NCBI GenBank assembly: GCA_008369845.1 | Contig: MRSU01000013.1 | Location: 1-64,000, forward strand | Direction of reading: 5' to 3' | Source of the DNA: Trichomonas gallinae | Taxonomy: Eukaryota | Length of the DNA: 64,000 bases | In this document: positions 1 through 11,120 of the stretch, piece after piece | How positions within the stretch are numbered: the stretch's first letter is position 1 | Layout: each line of letters opens with the position of its first letter | Made by a program: the position numbers and the translations under genes | The notes under the pieces: generated by a model | What the model was told of the DNA's origin: nothing | What the model saw: the letters and a program-made list of their open reading frames with translations, nothing else | The model's database searches: none

Positions 1-83
1 AAAATGCTATTTTTACGCTAAAAAAACGACGTTAGACGGGTTTGCACAGCGTTCGACGGGTTTTTAGGGTGACTGTAAAATGA

Positions 84-1349
84 TTAAACATCTGTATAGC
101 GTGTAAGTTGACGTAAGCCTGGTGTATGAGAGCCACCAGTATATTCTTGCATTTTCTGGAATAGTTTGTTTGTCTTGTAGAAACCACGAGCTGTAACTTT
201 GATTTCTTCCTCATCTTCGACTTTAAATGGTGGTGGCTCCTGTGGAAGTGTAGAGGCAGGAAGAGCTCCATATGGCTGTGGAATTTCTTCTGGAAGCTTA
301 CCATTTTCCATGAAATTCAAAGGAACAGACCAAGGAGTAACAGGAACGTATTCTTTCTGTACACCCATGGTAGTACCTGCCTTGTACGTATTTGCTCCGG
401 TACCAAATGTAGTCGTTTTAGCATTTGGATCTGCTGGTTTAAGATTTTGCAAGTTAATACCTCCACCTATAATATAATCGAACCAGCGAAGCATCTCGAC
501 TGGATATGGGTTGAATCTTGGAATTGCTGCGATATGTTTAATAAACCAAGTAACCAGTTCACGATTTGCATTCTCCATCTGGAATTCCCAGTGCAAGAAA
601 GGCTGTCCACGTGTTGTTTTGTAGTCAACAGGAATTTGTGGAGCTTTGGCACCATATCCTTTTGCACCCCAAGTGCTACCTCCAAAACCAGTTCCACCTG
701 TTGTTCCGTAGGTTGTTCCGCTTGATTTGAAACCTGTTCCGCCTGCTGTTCCAAAACTTCCAGTTGTTCCTGTTTTTGCGCCAAAACTTCCGTACGAAGA
801 AGTAGTTGACCCAAATCCTGATGCTCCAAAACCAGTACCAGTTCCAGTTTTAGCGCCAAAGCCTCCAGTTGAACCAAAACCTGATTTTTGACCAAATCCT
901 GAAGACTGTCCGAAGCCCTTATTCTGTCCAAATCCACCACGTGATGCTCCAAACGAAGAACCAGTTCCCATTCCACGACCCTGATTATTTTTTTCGTCAA
1001 TTCTTCGTTTTAGAGCACCCCATGCTGTACCAGGTTCACCAGCTCCGAAACCTCCTGTTTTTCCTCCAAATCCGGTTTTAGTTGTATTAGATGATGTGAA
1101 TCCCGAAGTTTTTTGTTCTTCTTGTTGTTTTTTCTTCCAACCACCGGAAGTACCTTTTTGTGTATTCCAGTTTGTAACGTTATCCGAGCCGCCTGCCCAG
1201 CCTACTGGTTGCTCCGTTTGCGCAACATTTGATCTTCCCCAGTTGGTTGCTGTTCCTGTAGTAGTTTTATTTTGGCTCCAAGAAGTAGTAGTTTTATTTT
1301 GGCCCCATGTAGTAGTATTAGATTTATTAGCATCCGTAGTAGTAGTCAT
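84..1349 (-). CDS. Nup98/Nup116-like FG-repeat nucleoporin with GLEBS motif (no C-terminal autoprotease domain)
   Basis: Dense GFG/SFG repeats. KHIAAIPRFNPYPVEMLRWFDY resembles the Nup98 GLEBS motif (KHQCITAMKEYESKSLEELRLEDY), followed by a PYG motif. Confidence 0.7.
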   Translation of the reverse strand: MTTTTDANKSNTTTWGQNKTTTSWSQNKTTTGTATNWGRSNVAQTEQPVGWAGGSDNVTNWNTQKGTSGGWKKKQQEEQKTSGFTSSNTTKTGFGGKTGGFGAGEPGTAWGALKRRIDEKNNQGRGMGTGSSFGASRGGFGQNKGFGQSSGFGQKSGFGSTGGFGAKTGTGTGFGASGFGSTTSSYGSFGAKTGTTGSFGTAGGTGFKSSGTTYGTTGGTGFGGSTWGAKGYGAKAPQIPVDYKTTRGQPFLHWEFQMENANRELVTWFIKHIAAIPRFNPYPVEMLRWFDYIIGGGINLQNLKPADPNAKTTTFGTGANTYKAGTTMGVQKEYVPVTPWSVPLNFMENGKLPEEIPQPYGALPASTLPQEPPPFKVEDEEEIKVTARGFYKTNKLFQKMQEYTGGSHTPGLRQLTRYTDV

Positions 1350-1549
1350 TTATTATAGTTTTGTCTCTGTAAAAAAATCTTTGACATGTAAAGTATATAT
1401 CAAATATTTGTCAAAAATTATTTTTATTTGTCAAACATTCTTGTCAAAATATTTTTTATTTGGCAAAAATATTTTTGTAGTTAGTTTAGGGATGCCATTA
1501 AAATAGCATTTTAATGACAATTTTTGACGAAAAGATTACACTAGGATTA

Positions 1550-2390
1550 TATAAATGCAGAGTGGAAAGATCAGCTCAATTCCTATAAACGTTAAAGAAA
1601 GACGATTATTTTCAATTCAAATATAACTGTAAAATAGCACACATCATAATTTGCTTTTCAAAATGCAAAGAACTACAAACTGTGAATAATATTACTATAG
1701 ATGATTATGCATTCTATTCTTGCACTAGACTTAACAAAGTTGTTTTTCCACAGTCGATAAAATCAATCGGAAAATATTCTTTTAATAATATAGATATACA
1801 TGAGCTCACAATAACAAATTCAATGAAAGGAACAATAATTAAAAGAGAGGCATTTCCTTCTAACAGTGGATTAACAAATATAGTTTTTGAAAACTCTGTT
1901 AATGAAATTGGATCAGATTCATTTGATAATTGTTTCAAATTATCAAGCGTGGTTTTGGGAAATTCTGTTAAGAAAATAGGTTAATTTGCATTTCATAACT
2001 GTGACATATTATCAAACGTAATTTTGTGAAATTCTGTTGAAAAAATTAGCCAATTTACATTTGATAACTGCCCTAGATTAAAAAGCATTAAACTTCCAGA
2101 TAATCTCATTGAAAAAATAAAATTTGTTCTGGTGCTTTTTATGGATGCAATCTAAAAACAGTAAATTTTTCGAGCGTCGAAGAAACTGGAAGTGTCGCAC
2201 AATGCGACAATTTACAGAATGCTTATTTTTCTAGCAGTTTCATGAAAATCAATAACAATGCTTTTTACGACTGCACAAATTTGATGAACATAGAACATAC
2301 ATCAAATTTAGAGTATTTAGGATATCACGCTTTATGCCGATTATACCATTTAATTCATCTGAGAAAAGATGCATGTTGGATGTTTTCTAT
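1550..2390 (+). pseudogene. BspA-like (TpLRR) leucine-rich-repeat pseudogene
   Basis: TpLRR fragments (IDDYAFYSCTRLNKVVFPQSIKSIG, INNNAFYDCTNL) broken by stops (e.g. 1982-1984) and frameshifts. Boundaries approximate. Confidence 0.8.
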
Positions 2391-2929
2391 AACTTTTGAT
2401 GATCAGTTATTAATGGTTCATAATTTTCCTGAATAAAGTATTTTCTTGCAGGAATTGTTTTTGGTGATGATAAACCAAATCTTCTGATCTTCCCTCCATG
2501 ATTTTTTCGTGGAGTGATAGAACGAGTATGGCTGTCCAGTGGGTTCAATATTTCTCCAATTGTTAATCTACATTTTGTTTTATCATCTTGAGTTCCTAAT
2601 GAATCTTGTGGTGGTGTTAAAGGGAAAACAGGTCTTTCATCTCCTAATGTCGAATTACGAGTCCTCTTATGTATGGTCATTCTATTTTGGTCATTTGTTT
2701 TAATAAATTTATCTTTTGGTGGGGTTTGAGGAGCATCAGGGCGAAAAAATACAGTTTTCCAACCAAATGAAGGTTTGTAATTGGAAAATCTTGGTCCTGA
2801 GAAATAAAAAGGCGCATTAATTATCTCAATTTGCTTCTTTATTTTATGAACACTACTTCTAATTGATGCTAATTCATCAAGAATGTCATTTTCGATTGTT
2901 GACACAGTTAATATTATGAATAAAAACAT
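2387..2929 (-). CDS. Hypothetical protein with N-terminal hydrophobic/signal-like segment
   Basis: 180-aa ATG ORF starting MFLFIILTVS; no recognisable domain. Confidence 0.6.
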   Translation of the reverse strand: MFLFIILTVSTIENDILDELASIRSSVHKIKKQIEIINAPFYFSGPRFSNYKPSFGWKTVFFRPDAPQTPPKDKFIKTNDQNRMTIHKRTRNSTLGDERPVFPLTPPQDSLGTQDDKTKCRLTIGEILNPLDSHTRSITPRKNHGGKIRRFGLSSPKTIPARKYFIQENYEPLITDHQKL

Positions 2930-3434
2930 TTTAAATAAATAAGGTTAATATATAAAAATAAGATTTTGCTTCAATTTGCAACGTTAGATTTTCTTTACAA
3001 ATCTCAAAAACTATTGAATTTTCTCAATTATATAGTTTTCGCAAGATTTTACGAGCGCGTAAGCGTCCTAAAATTTTGAATTGAAACGGTTATAATTATA
3101 TCATTATTCAAAATTGAAGGCACAAGAAGCTCAAAAAGTGGCGTATATTTTTAAATTTTGATCAAATTAGAATGTTCGAATAACAATGAGAAATTAAAAT
3201 TGTATTAATGACATGAATAAGTTTTTCTTTTGGAAATAGATTTATCAACAATATTCAATACATTTCTTTGATATCATAGCAGCAACTGGTATTTTCTTTA
3301 CGCAAAAGGAAATTACATGACAAATTTGACACGTAAACTAAAATCGATAGCGCAACTTTGTCCGACACACTTTACATGACAAAATTTTGCAATTCATGTC
3401 ACTTTTCATTTCGAAGTTGAATTTTTTTTTGTAG

Positions 3435-6320
3435 ATGGCGAACGAACTTTTAGAGCAAATAGAAAATCTCAATTCTCGCATGTTCAGTCCTAGAGAAAGC
3501 GAGTTAGCACAGATAAACGTCATCAAGAGCAAAATAATTTTCAATCCAGAGAATTTCGATTATTTGGTTGAAATTCTTATAACATTTAACTGTACTGATC
3601 GCACTAATCTATTTTTAATCGATGCAATTCACAATCACGTCAAACTTTATTATGCAAATATCGATTTACGAAATTTATTACAGAGAATGCTTCAAAATCC
3701 AAAATCAAGTTTATATCAAGGGAGCTGTGCATCGTATTTTGCAAATTTAATAGCGTTTTTGATTTTGGTCGATTATAATATAAATACAGAAATTAATATG
3801 CCGCCAATTCCAGATATACAGCTTGAATCACTCGTAATAAGAAATATTATTGATTATTTACTATCAGTAACGTTTAATTTCTGTCCAGAAAAATATATTA
3901 CTGACGAAAATCTTAAAAAGCAGCCAAAATCATTACGAAATCCAATAGCATCTACGTATAAATTTGAAATGAAGTCTCATTTTCTAAATTTTTACATTGG
4001 AGATTTTTTTCGCGAATCTTTAAATATTCTGGACAAAAGCCCCGAACTTGGAGTTCCATGCCTCAATAAAGTAATACTTTTCCATAATAAACAAGACGAA
4101 TCATCAGATTTTATGATTCCTACGGAATATTGCAATATTTTAAAGGAAAGACATATTTTTAATGAACTATATGGCTATTTTAAATTCGCGCCAAAAGAAT
4201 TCTCATGTGAAATACTCAACTTATGCTGCACAATTTCAAGAATTTTGTATAATTTTGAAGATATCGATTCCGTGAACGAAATGTTCTCCGTTTTACTCAC
4301 TTTTCTTCAATCAGAGAACTTATTTAGCTCCCATTTGAATATTCCGCCTTTATCTTATTGGATTGATTCTATTCAAAGTTTAATTCCAGTTATTGACACA
4401 AAAGACATAATAATTGAAATAATGAAACATAATTTCATCAGTATTCATCCTATACACTTTTTAGAGCCATTCAAAGCAGTTTTAAATTTATCAATAATTT
4501 ATTTTAACAATTCTAACGATGAATCCATGAATAATTTAATACAGACTTCATTTCAAGCATTTATAAATACTTTAATAGACTCAATTCCTAATTTTCATCG
4601 AGATATTAATTCGGAGCTTAGTGCTAATGTTTCTTTGCTAAATGAGATACTTATAATGCTATGGAAGTTTGGCAATGACAGTATTTGTAATTATTTGGCT
4701 GAAAAATTGTCGAATATTCAAATAGAAGATTTTTCTGATCCAAATATTGTTAAATTTAGTTTAATCATGGAGATTTTGATTATATTCTTCGAACAAAAGA
4801 TATATATTAACTCTTACAACAACTTTTCTGCATTTTTATTAGGAATAATGAATTATACATCAAAAATCACACCTTTGTTGCCAAAAATTGATCAAAACAA
4901 AGTTCTTACAATCAATATTGAGTATATTTTAGACTTTTTACTTCTTTTCTACAAAACTTATCCAAAACAAGAAGATTTTGCTGTTGTAGCCAAAATAACA
5001 AGTCACAAGTATGAACTAATATCATTAACATCATTCAATTTAGCAATGATATGCATAAATCACAGTCTATTCCCGGAAAAAGCCTTATTATTGTTAAATT
5101 CTTTATTTAATGCAAATGTTGAAGAAAATCGAAGCATTTATTTAGATAAATTAACGAAATATGTATCATTAGTTAAGTTGAATACAGATGATACGAGTTT
5201 ACTCAGAATTTTAGTAGAAATTTACCATTTATATCCAAACTTACAGGAAAACGTTTTATTATTGATTCCAAATATTAACAATTTAGACTATCACTCATTT
5301 TTGTTATTTTTCAGCTTCTATGGTGAGCTTTTGGCTTCAATTTCCAAACCAAAAGATTGGATTGAAAGATGCAAAACAGTTTTAGTTCAATTAAAAGCTA
5401 CAATGGATTTATTGAACAAAGTCGAAGAAATTCCCAAAGAAATATTCCAAATTCTCTTTAAATTTGTGATTAAAATTTCAAAAACATTTCCTGAGTCAAA
5501 TGACTGGCCGTCAAAGAATACAACAAGATTCAAGCTCTTTTATCACATTAATCACATCCTATTTTGCTTTTCAAAGAAAATTTCAAATCAAATTTCAGAT
5601 TCAAAGCATAATTTGATTAAGGAAAACTTTGACTTATTCACCAAATGCATAAAATCCATGAATTGCTTGTTAGATTCTCCAATTGGTAATATTGGCGCAA
5701 TGATCGCCTTAAATGACGGAGCTTTCGTTGATTTTGTCATCCAGATATGCACTATTGTTAGTAGCATCAATCAAAGGCTTCTTTTACCATTTCCAAATTT
5801 TCATTTCAATTTTCTCGCGTTTATAAGAAATGTTGTCCAATATTTGCCGAATATTGTGAAAATGAGCAATGTAGTACTGACTGTTTTCATTTCTTACCTC
5901 AAAATTCCATTTTTCATTCCATCACAAAATATGCTTGATAAAACTGCCCCGTGCTTAATAATGATGCTGCAGGTTGTCGACCAGAAGCTTCTTGAGCCGC
6001 ATTTTGTTATGAGCTTGAACTCGATTTGCTTTGATAAAAGTGATATAACATCACTTGGCGCATTCATATGTATGTTCAACAACATGGACTCATCATGCTG
6101 CATCCAAGTCTCTGCGAAATACTCCTCATTCTTCACTGACATGAAGATAAGAAGGAAAGTCAGGACAATCTTCAACAAACTGTTTGAAGGCGAAGAAGGT
6201 GAATTGGATGAAGAAGGGAACTTAGTCCAGATGATTGCGCTGCAGCAGTTTGTTGACGGAATCAAAAAGATTGGCGTGAGAATTGATTCGATTGAAGAAT
6301 TGTTGCCTTTCTTCCATTAG
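3435..6320 (+). CDS. Exportin-7/RanBP17-like karyopherin (divergent HEAT-repeat protein)
   Basis: 961 aa. FMIPTEYCNIL..ELYGYFKFAPKEFSCEILNL and CIKSMNCLLDSPIGNIGAMIALNDGAF..LLLPFPNF resemble XPO7 VQIPTSWRSAF.. and SGSYVNFGVFRLYGDDAL..LLDYPKL. Confidence 0.6.
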   Translation: MANELLEQIENLNSRMFSPRESELAQINVIKSKIIFNPENFDYLVEILITFNCTDRTNLFLIDAIHNHVKLYYANIDLRNLLQRMLQNPKSSLYQGSCASYFANLIAFLILVDYNINTEINMPPIPDIQLESLVIRNIIDYLLSVTFNFCPEKYITDENLKKQPKSLRNPIASTYKFEMKSHFLNFYIGDFFRESLNILDKSPELGVPCLNKVILFHNKQDESSDFMIPTEYCNILKERHIFNELYGYFKFAPKEFSCEILNLCCTISRILYNFEDIDSVNEMFSVLLTFLQSENLFSSHLNIPPLSYWIDSIQSLIPVIDTKDIIIEIMKHNFISIHPIHFLEPFKAVLNLSIIYFNNSNDESMNNLIQTSFQAFINTLIDSIPNFHRDINSELSANVSLLNEILIMLWKFGNDSICNYLAEKLSNIQIEDFSDPNIVKFSLIMEILIIFFEQKIYINSYNNFSAFLLGIMNYTSKITPLLPKIDQNKVLTINIEYILDFLLLFYKTYPKQEDFAVVAKITSHKYELISLTSFNLAMICINHSLFPEKALLLLNSLFNANVEENRSIYLDKLTKYVSLVKLNTDDTSLLRILVEIYHLYPNLQENVLLLIPNINNLDYHSFLLFFSFYGELLASISKPKDWIERCKTVLVQLKATMDLLNKVEEIPKEIFQILFKFVIKISKTFPESNDWPSKNTTRFKLFYHINHILFCFSKKISNQISDSKHNLIKENFDLFTKCIKSMNCLLDSPIGNIGAMIALNDGAFVDFVIQICTIVSSINQRLLLPFPNFHFNFLAFIRNVVQYLPNIVKMSNVVLTVFISYLKIPFFIPSQNMLDKTAPCLIMMLQVVDQKLLEPHFVMSLNSICFDKSDITSLGAFICMFNNMDSSCCIQVSAKYSSFFTDMKIRRKVRTIFNKLFEGEEGELDEEGNLVQMIALQQFVDGIKKIGVRIDSIEELLPFFH

Positions 6321-6521
6321 AAATATCTTTATAATATATTAATGTTTGTAAAAAAATTATATTTTGTTTTAATAATGAAAAATCTTTGAGTTTATCAAGT
6401 TTTTGAGAATTATATCAGTGGTAAAATATGTATAAGGATGGGTGACAGAACTGATTTTTACGTGTCAAAATTACAAAAATGTTCAATGTTGAGAGAAAAC
6501 TATAAAATACAGTTTTATGCT

Positions 6522-6693
6522 TAAATATTGTCTAAAGATGGGAGATTGAGAATTGCCAAAAATTTTGTAAAATATATTTACATGGCAAAAATGCTTCATT
6601 TTCAAATTTTTAATAGGAAAACTTAAGGATACAGTGCCATATTAAAATATGCCTAAATATGGGAGATTGAGTTGTGGCAAAATATTTTGTAAA
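6522..6693 (+). repeat. Imperfect ~50-bp direct repeat (2 copies, ~121 bp apart) in promoter region
   Basis: ..ctaaagatgggagattgagaattgccaaaaattttgtaaa vs ..ctaaatatgggagattgagttgtggcaaaatattttgtaaa. Confidence 0.7.
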
Positions 6694-6742
6694 GTTCATT
6701 GACCAATGAATAATTGAAATCTTAAAAAGTGACAGCAATTCA

Positions 6743-7972
6743 ATGTCACAGGACCAGGAAGTCGAAATCACAATCGATCCAAAGTTTCAGGATGTCTACG
6801 CATGGGAACTCACCCCAACAGGCCCATATATCGTCCTTACAATCCATTATCCAGCCGAATTCGATCCGAAGAAGGTCGAAATGAAGCTTAACGACGCTAA
6901 GAACGCTATTTGGGTTCACTACCCAGGTCAGCCAGCCATCGTCGAAGGCCAGCTCTTCAATACAATCAAAGATGCTGAAATGAAAATTAACGAAGAGGAG
7001 AAACAGATCACAATCACATTCACACTCCTCAACGATGAGACACCAAGCATGATCATTACAGATTTCCACCCAGAAACACATATGTTGGATCCACTTTCCT
7101 CTTATCTTATCTTCTCTGAGCGTGCTCACTCCCCAAGTGACGCCCTCAAGGATGGATGCTTCAAGTACCTCGAATTCGGCCTTAATGCTAACTTTATTCC
7201 AGCTATGTTGACAGCTGCCGGAATCTTCCAGCACATTCCACAGCTCGCTGACAAGGCCATCGAGCTCTACGTCATTGCTGCTGACAGATACAACGCTCCT
7301 CCAGCCCAGTTCCAGCTTGGCCTCTTCTTGATGCGCAATCCAAAGCTCAAAGAGAGAGCTTTCGACTACATCGAGCGTGCTACCTCCGATCCACAGTTCA
7401 CAATCGCTAGCATTGTCCTCGGCATTATGCTCTCCCCAATTGCCGATATGGAATCACCAAAGAAGGACGCTAAACGCGCTGCTGAGATCTTCGAGAACGT
7501 TCTCAAGATCGAGAGACACCCACTCGCCCTCCATGAGCTCGCTATGCTCTATTTCAACGGTATTGGTGTCGAAAAGGACGTCGAAAAGGCCAAAGCACTC
7601 AACGAGGAAGCAGGCAAGGACGCAGACGGCCAGATTCCACCATTAGAAGAGCGTGACGAGTCATACATTCCACAGCCAGTCATGGAAGACTGCGTTTGCG
7701 GCTGCTGCCACTGCCACGACGCTCCAGCTCCAGAAGAGCACGGATGCGGATGCTGCCACCATGAACACGAGCACGCACACGAACACAGCTGCGGCTGCTG
7801 CCACGACGAGCACGAACACGCACATGAGCACGGATGCGGATGCTGCCACGAAGGCGAGAAGAAGGACGGTTGCTGTGGCGGAAAGTGCGACGGAAAAGGT
7901 GGCTGCTGCGGTGGCAAATGTGATGGAAAGGGCGGCTGCGGCGGACACTGCCACTGCCATGATCATCAGTAA
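6743..7972 (+). CDS. CS(NudC/p23-like) domain + Sel1-repeat protein with Cys/His-rich C-terminal tail
   Basis: N-terminal YAWELT..IVEGQLFNTIK CS-like domain; Sel1 repeats (AQFQLG, ALHELAMLYFNGIGVEKDVEKA); C-terminal CGCCH/HEHAH repeats; strongly biased C-ending codons. Confidence 0.8.
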   Translation: MSQDQEVEITIDPKFQDVYAWELTPTGPYIVLTIHYPAEFDPKKVEMKLNDAKNAIWVHYPGQPAIVEGQLFNTIKDAEMKINEEEKQITITFTLLNDETPSMIITDFHPETHMLDPLSSYLIFSERAHSPSDALKDGCFKYLEFGLNANFIPAMLTAAGIFQHIPQLADKAIELYVIAADRYNAPPAQFQLGLFLMRNPKLKERAFDYIERATSDPQFTIASIVLGIMLSPIADMESPKKDAKRAAEIFENVLKIERHPLALHELAMLYFNGIGVEKDVEKAKALNEEAGKDADGQIPPLEERDESYIPQPVMEDCVCGCCHCHDAPAPEEHGCGCCHHEHEHAHEHSCGCCHDEHEHAHEHGCGCCHEGEKKDGCCGGKCDGKGGCCGGKCDGKGGCGGHCHCHDHQ

Positions 7973-8156
7973 TTCTTTTTATTTAGCATTTTAATTATAT
8001 AATTTATACAAATATATAAATAAAAGCTATTTCAATGTTTAAAATTTAAGTTATTTGAATATTGCTTATTCATCACATTATCTGTTGATAAAATTTAATT
8101 TTTAAATTTTTTACTTTTATTAAAAAAATCATTTTACGATTTTAGTCCTATATTTG

Positions 8157-9764
8157 TTAGAAACGATCAATGGAGTCGGAATTTTCTGTTATATCGAAAA
8201 TATCATCTAATTCAATCTCTTCTTCGTAAGAATATAAATCATAAGAATCTTTTTCATTTGTGGAAGACTTATTAGACGATGATTGTTGGCTAGAATCTTT
8301 TGATGAAGATATTTCTCTAATAATTTTTTGTTTGAACTGTTTCTTGTGTTTTTTATGTTTTCCTTGATGCTTATCTTTCTTTTCTTCGTCATCACTACAA
8401 GTCACACGACTTCTATTCGATTGAATTTTTGCAATAATAAAAATTCCAATGATAATACACAAAACTAATATAGATACAACTCCTATCAGTGGATAAAGCC
8501 ATTTCATATATGATACTTTTGAGATTTTAAATTTATCATAATTTGTACTTGAATTCGTCTTTGGTATTATGTCAATATTATGTGTTTGAACAGTGTAAGG
8601 GAATGTTGCACCAATTCGCTCAATGTTTTTTGGTTTATAAGAATATTTTTTCATTTTCGTGATTTGAGTTGCAACATATGTGAATTTTGTTGGTTCTGGA
8701 ACTAAAAAAGCTAAACTAGAATTGATTGAGTTCTTTTGAATTGGAATATTTTGTTTCAATTCAACATTTTCATATTTTTCAAATGCTTTGCAATCATGGA
8801 TAAAATTACCAGATATATTATTGATTATTACTGTGTTTTGGTTTGATACTTTTGAAATCATTGAAATTGAATCTGAATTAACAACATCTTGAACAGAAGT
8901 CCAGTTAATGATACCAGAAAGCATTACATCATGTCCTGGGCCTTTCCCAAATGAAAACCCATTTGCAAAATTCCCATTCAAACAGCAATGATATGAATCA
9001 AAATTTCCTTTATTATTTCTTTGATTGTTCACGAATATACCTCCTCCACCACGTCCAAAAGCTATATAAGGTACTTTATGCTTCGACTCAACTTTGTTAC
9101 TTTGTATAGAGCAAGTGTATAACTTCATGTAATTCGTGTTATAAACGAAAATTCCTCCACCGGGAAAACTCGCTGAATTATTTTTCACTTTTATTGACTC
9201 AAAATAAACATTTGAGCCTGATGATATGCAATATGCGCCTCCTAGTTCATGTGCGATGTTGTTTTCGTATGATGTTCCGAAATCTATTAAATCTTGTGGT
9301 AAATTATTTTTATCACTTTGAAAATAAATAGCACCACCATATTTCATTGCAATGTTACCATAAACCTTGCAATTTGATATTAAAACTGCTGAGATTTGCG
9401 CACAAATTGCACCTCCAATGTTTGCTTGATTATTAGCAAATATGATAGAAGGATTTACATTATTTGAACATATATGTATCATTGATTGAGTCAAAAATAT
9501 TGCTCCACCATTGTCACATTTCGATTTTGAGCCAAAAGCAAAATTATCTCTAAATTCTGTGTTATCACTGACTGTTAGACTGCATTGAATGAACATTTTG
9601 TTTGAGAATTGATTTTTGTTATCAATTGTTACTTGCTCATCAAAAATATAATCTTGCTCCATCTTGTTCATTGGATTTGCTTGGAAACAAGGCATGTTCG
9701 AGTCATTATTACTTTTATCTAAAGTATTCAATCTTATCTTCACAATGAACAAACTCCAAAGCAT
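8157..9764 (-). CDS. Pmp-like (GGAI/FxxN repeat) single-pass surface protein
   Basis: Repeats NGGAIF, FANNQANIGGAIC, YGGAIYF, GGGIFV; TM segment LYPLIGVVSILVLCIIIGIFII; basic then acidic cytosolic tail. ATG at 9764 (MLWSLFIV) preferred over the non-ATG start in the track. Confidence 0.75.
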   Translation of the reverse strand: MLWSLFIVKIRLNTLDKSNNDSNMPCFQANPMNKMEQDYIFDEQVTIDNKNQFSNKMFIQCSLTVSDNTEFRDNFAFGSKSKCDNGGAIFLTQSMIHICSNNVNPSIIFANNQANIGGAICAQISAVLISNCKVYGNIAMKYGGAIYFQSDKNNLPQDLIDFGTSYENNIAHELGGAYCISSGSNVYFESIKVKNNSASFPGGGIFVYNTNYMKLYTCSIQSNKVESKHKVPYIAFGRGGGGIFVNNQRNNKGNFDSYHCCLNGNFANGFSFGKGPGHDVMLSGIINWTSVQDVVNSDSISMISKVSNQNTVIINNISGNFIHDCKAFEKYENVELKQNIPIQKNSINSSLAFLVPEPTKFTYVATQITKMKKYSYKPKNIERIGATFPYTVQTHNIDIIPKTNSSTNYDKFKISKVSYMKWLYPLIGVVSILVLCIIIGIFIIAKIQSNRSRVTCSDDEEKKDKHQGKHKKHKKQFKQKIIREISSSKDSSQQSSSNKSSTNEKDSYDLYSYEEEIELDDIFDITENSDSIDRF

Positions 9765-10131
9765 ATATATGGTTAATGTCAAATAATTTTCATAATAATG
9801 CATCAAATTTGAAAGAGCATCGAACAAAACGTATATATAAATGTGTCTTAAATCTATGTATCAATGAGTTTGAATCTAAACACGAATTAACCGTTGAATT
9901 CAAAAATTAAAATTTCGTGAGCAATAGTTAATGTCATAATGAATGCAATATAAATACAAGCTGTTAAAACATTACTAAATTATTTGTTTTCATATATTAT
10001 TATTTGAAAATTCATAATCTTAATTAATTTTAAAGTAAAATTGTGAGTGTGTCTGATTCTAGCTATGGTAAAATAACATGTTTAATTCAAACAAGAAAAT
10101 AACTGAATTTTTGATTTTGAAAATAATAATA

Positions 10132-10716
10132 TTAAATATGGGAGCTAGCATTATTTGGTCCTTGTATTTGCTGTAACTTTGCAGCAAACTCTACAGAGTC
10201 TGCTTGGATTTGGTCACGAATTTTGCGAATCTCGGAATTTGAGCCAATATTAAGTTTTTTGGCAGATGATCTATTGCTTTGTGCTGTTAGTGGTTTAACA
10301 TGGAACTCGAAATTAGTCTGAATTTCAGGAGTTTCAAATGTGAATTCAGGAAAAGGCGACAAAGGTGGAACTGACGACTCTTTGATAAGCCCATCAAATG
10401 TTTGCACTGGAGGTCTTGTCACTTGGGCATCAGAAACGAATCTAGATGAATGTGGTGTAACGAGATTAAATCTTTCGTCCTGTCTATAGTTTTGAGGTGG
10501 TGGAGGTGCTGCTCTTTGCGGACTTCTTTGAATTACAAAATCATTTTGCGGTGGTAATTGCTGCATTCTTTGATTTTGAACTTCATCAGCTAGAGGCGGT
10601 AAAGGAGCCTGATTTACTCTGCTAGGTGTTCTTTTTATCTGAGGAGGCGACTGTGGAGGGTCTCCAAAAATATGACTCTGCATCACTTTCTGCTTATTTG
10701 CTTCATTTGTTGACAT
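10132..10716 (-). CDS. Hypothetical Pro/Gln-rich protein
   Basis: 194-aa ATG ORF with GTCACTTT promoter motif about 25-30 bp upstream. Confidence 0.7.
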   Translation of the reverse strand: MSTNEANKQKVMQSHIFGDPPQSPPQIKRTPSRVNQAPLPPLADEVQNQRMQQLPPQNDFVIQRSPQRAAPPPPQNYRQDERFNLVTPHSSRFVSDAQVTRPPVQTFDGLIKESSVPPLSPFPEFTFETPEIQTNFEFHVKPLTAQSNRSSAKKLNIGSNSEIRKIRDQIQADSVEFAAKLQQIQGPNNASSHI

Positions 10717-11120
10717 TTTGTCACATTTTTAGGGTTATAAAAGTGACAACTAAAAATGATTTTTTATTTTCTTCGATTTGAGTCAAACCAATATAACCAA
10801 TATATTCAGTTCATACATTTAAATATATTACTCGAATAAAAATACACATATATCATTTAATAAATTATATTTAACATTTATTTTTTGTCTTATAATCAAA
10901 AGAATAATAAATTTATATTGTTTTGCTATAAGTCTATATATTAATCAATTCTTATCTTTATCATTACCTTATTTATTTTATATTCAAATAATTAAATGTC
11001 GAAAAACATGTAATTTTGCAAAGCAAAGAACTTGTCTATATAGTTTTCTAATATTTTAGAACAAATATTTGTGTAATTGATTTAGTTACAAACAAAAAGA
11101 CGTATTTTTTGAATTGAAAA

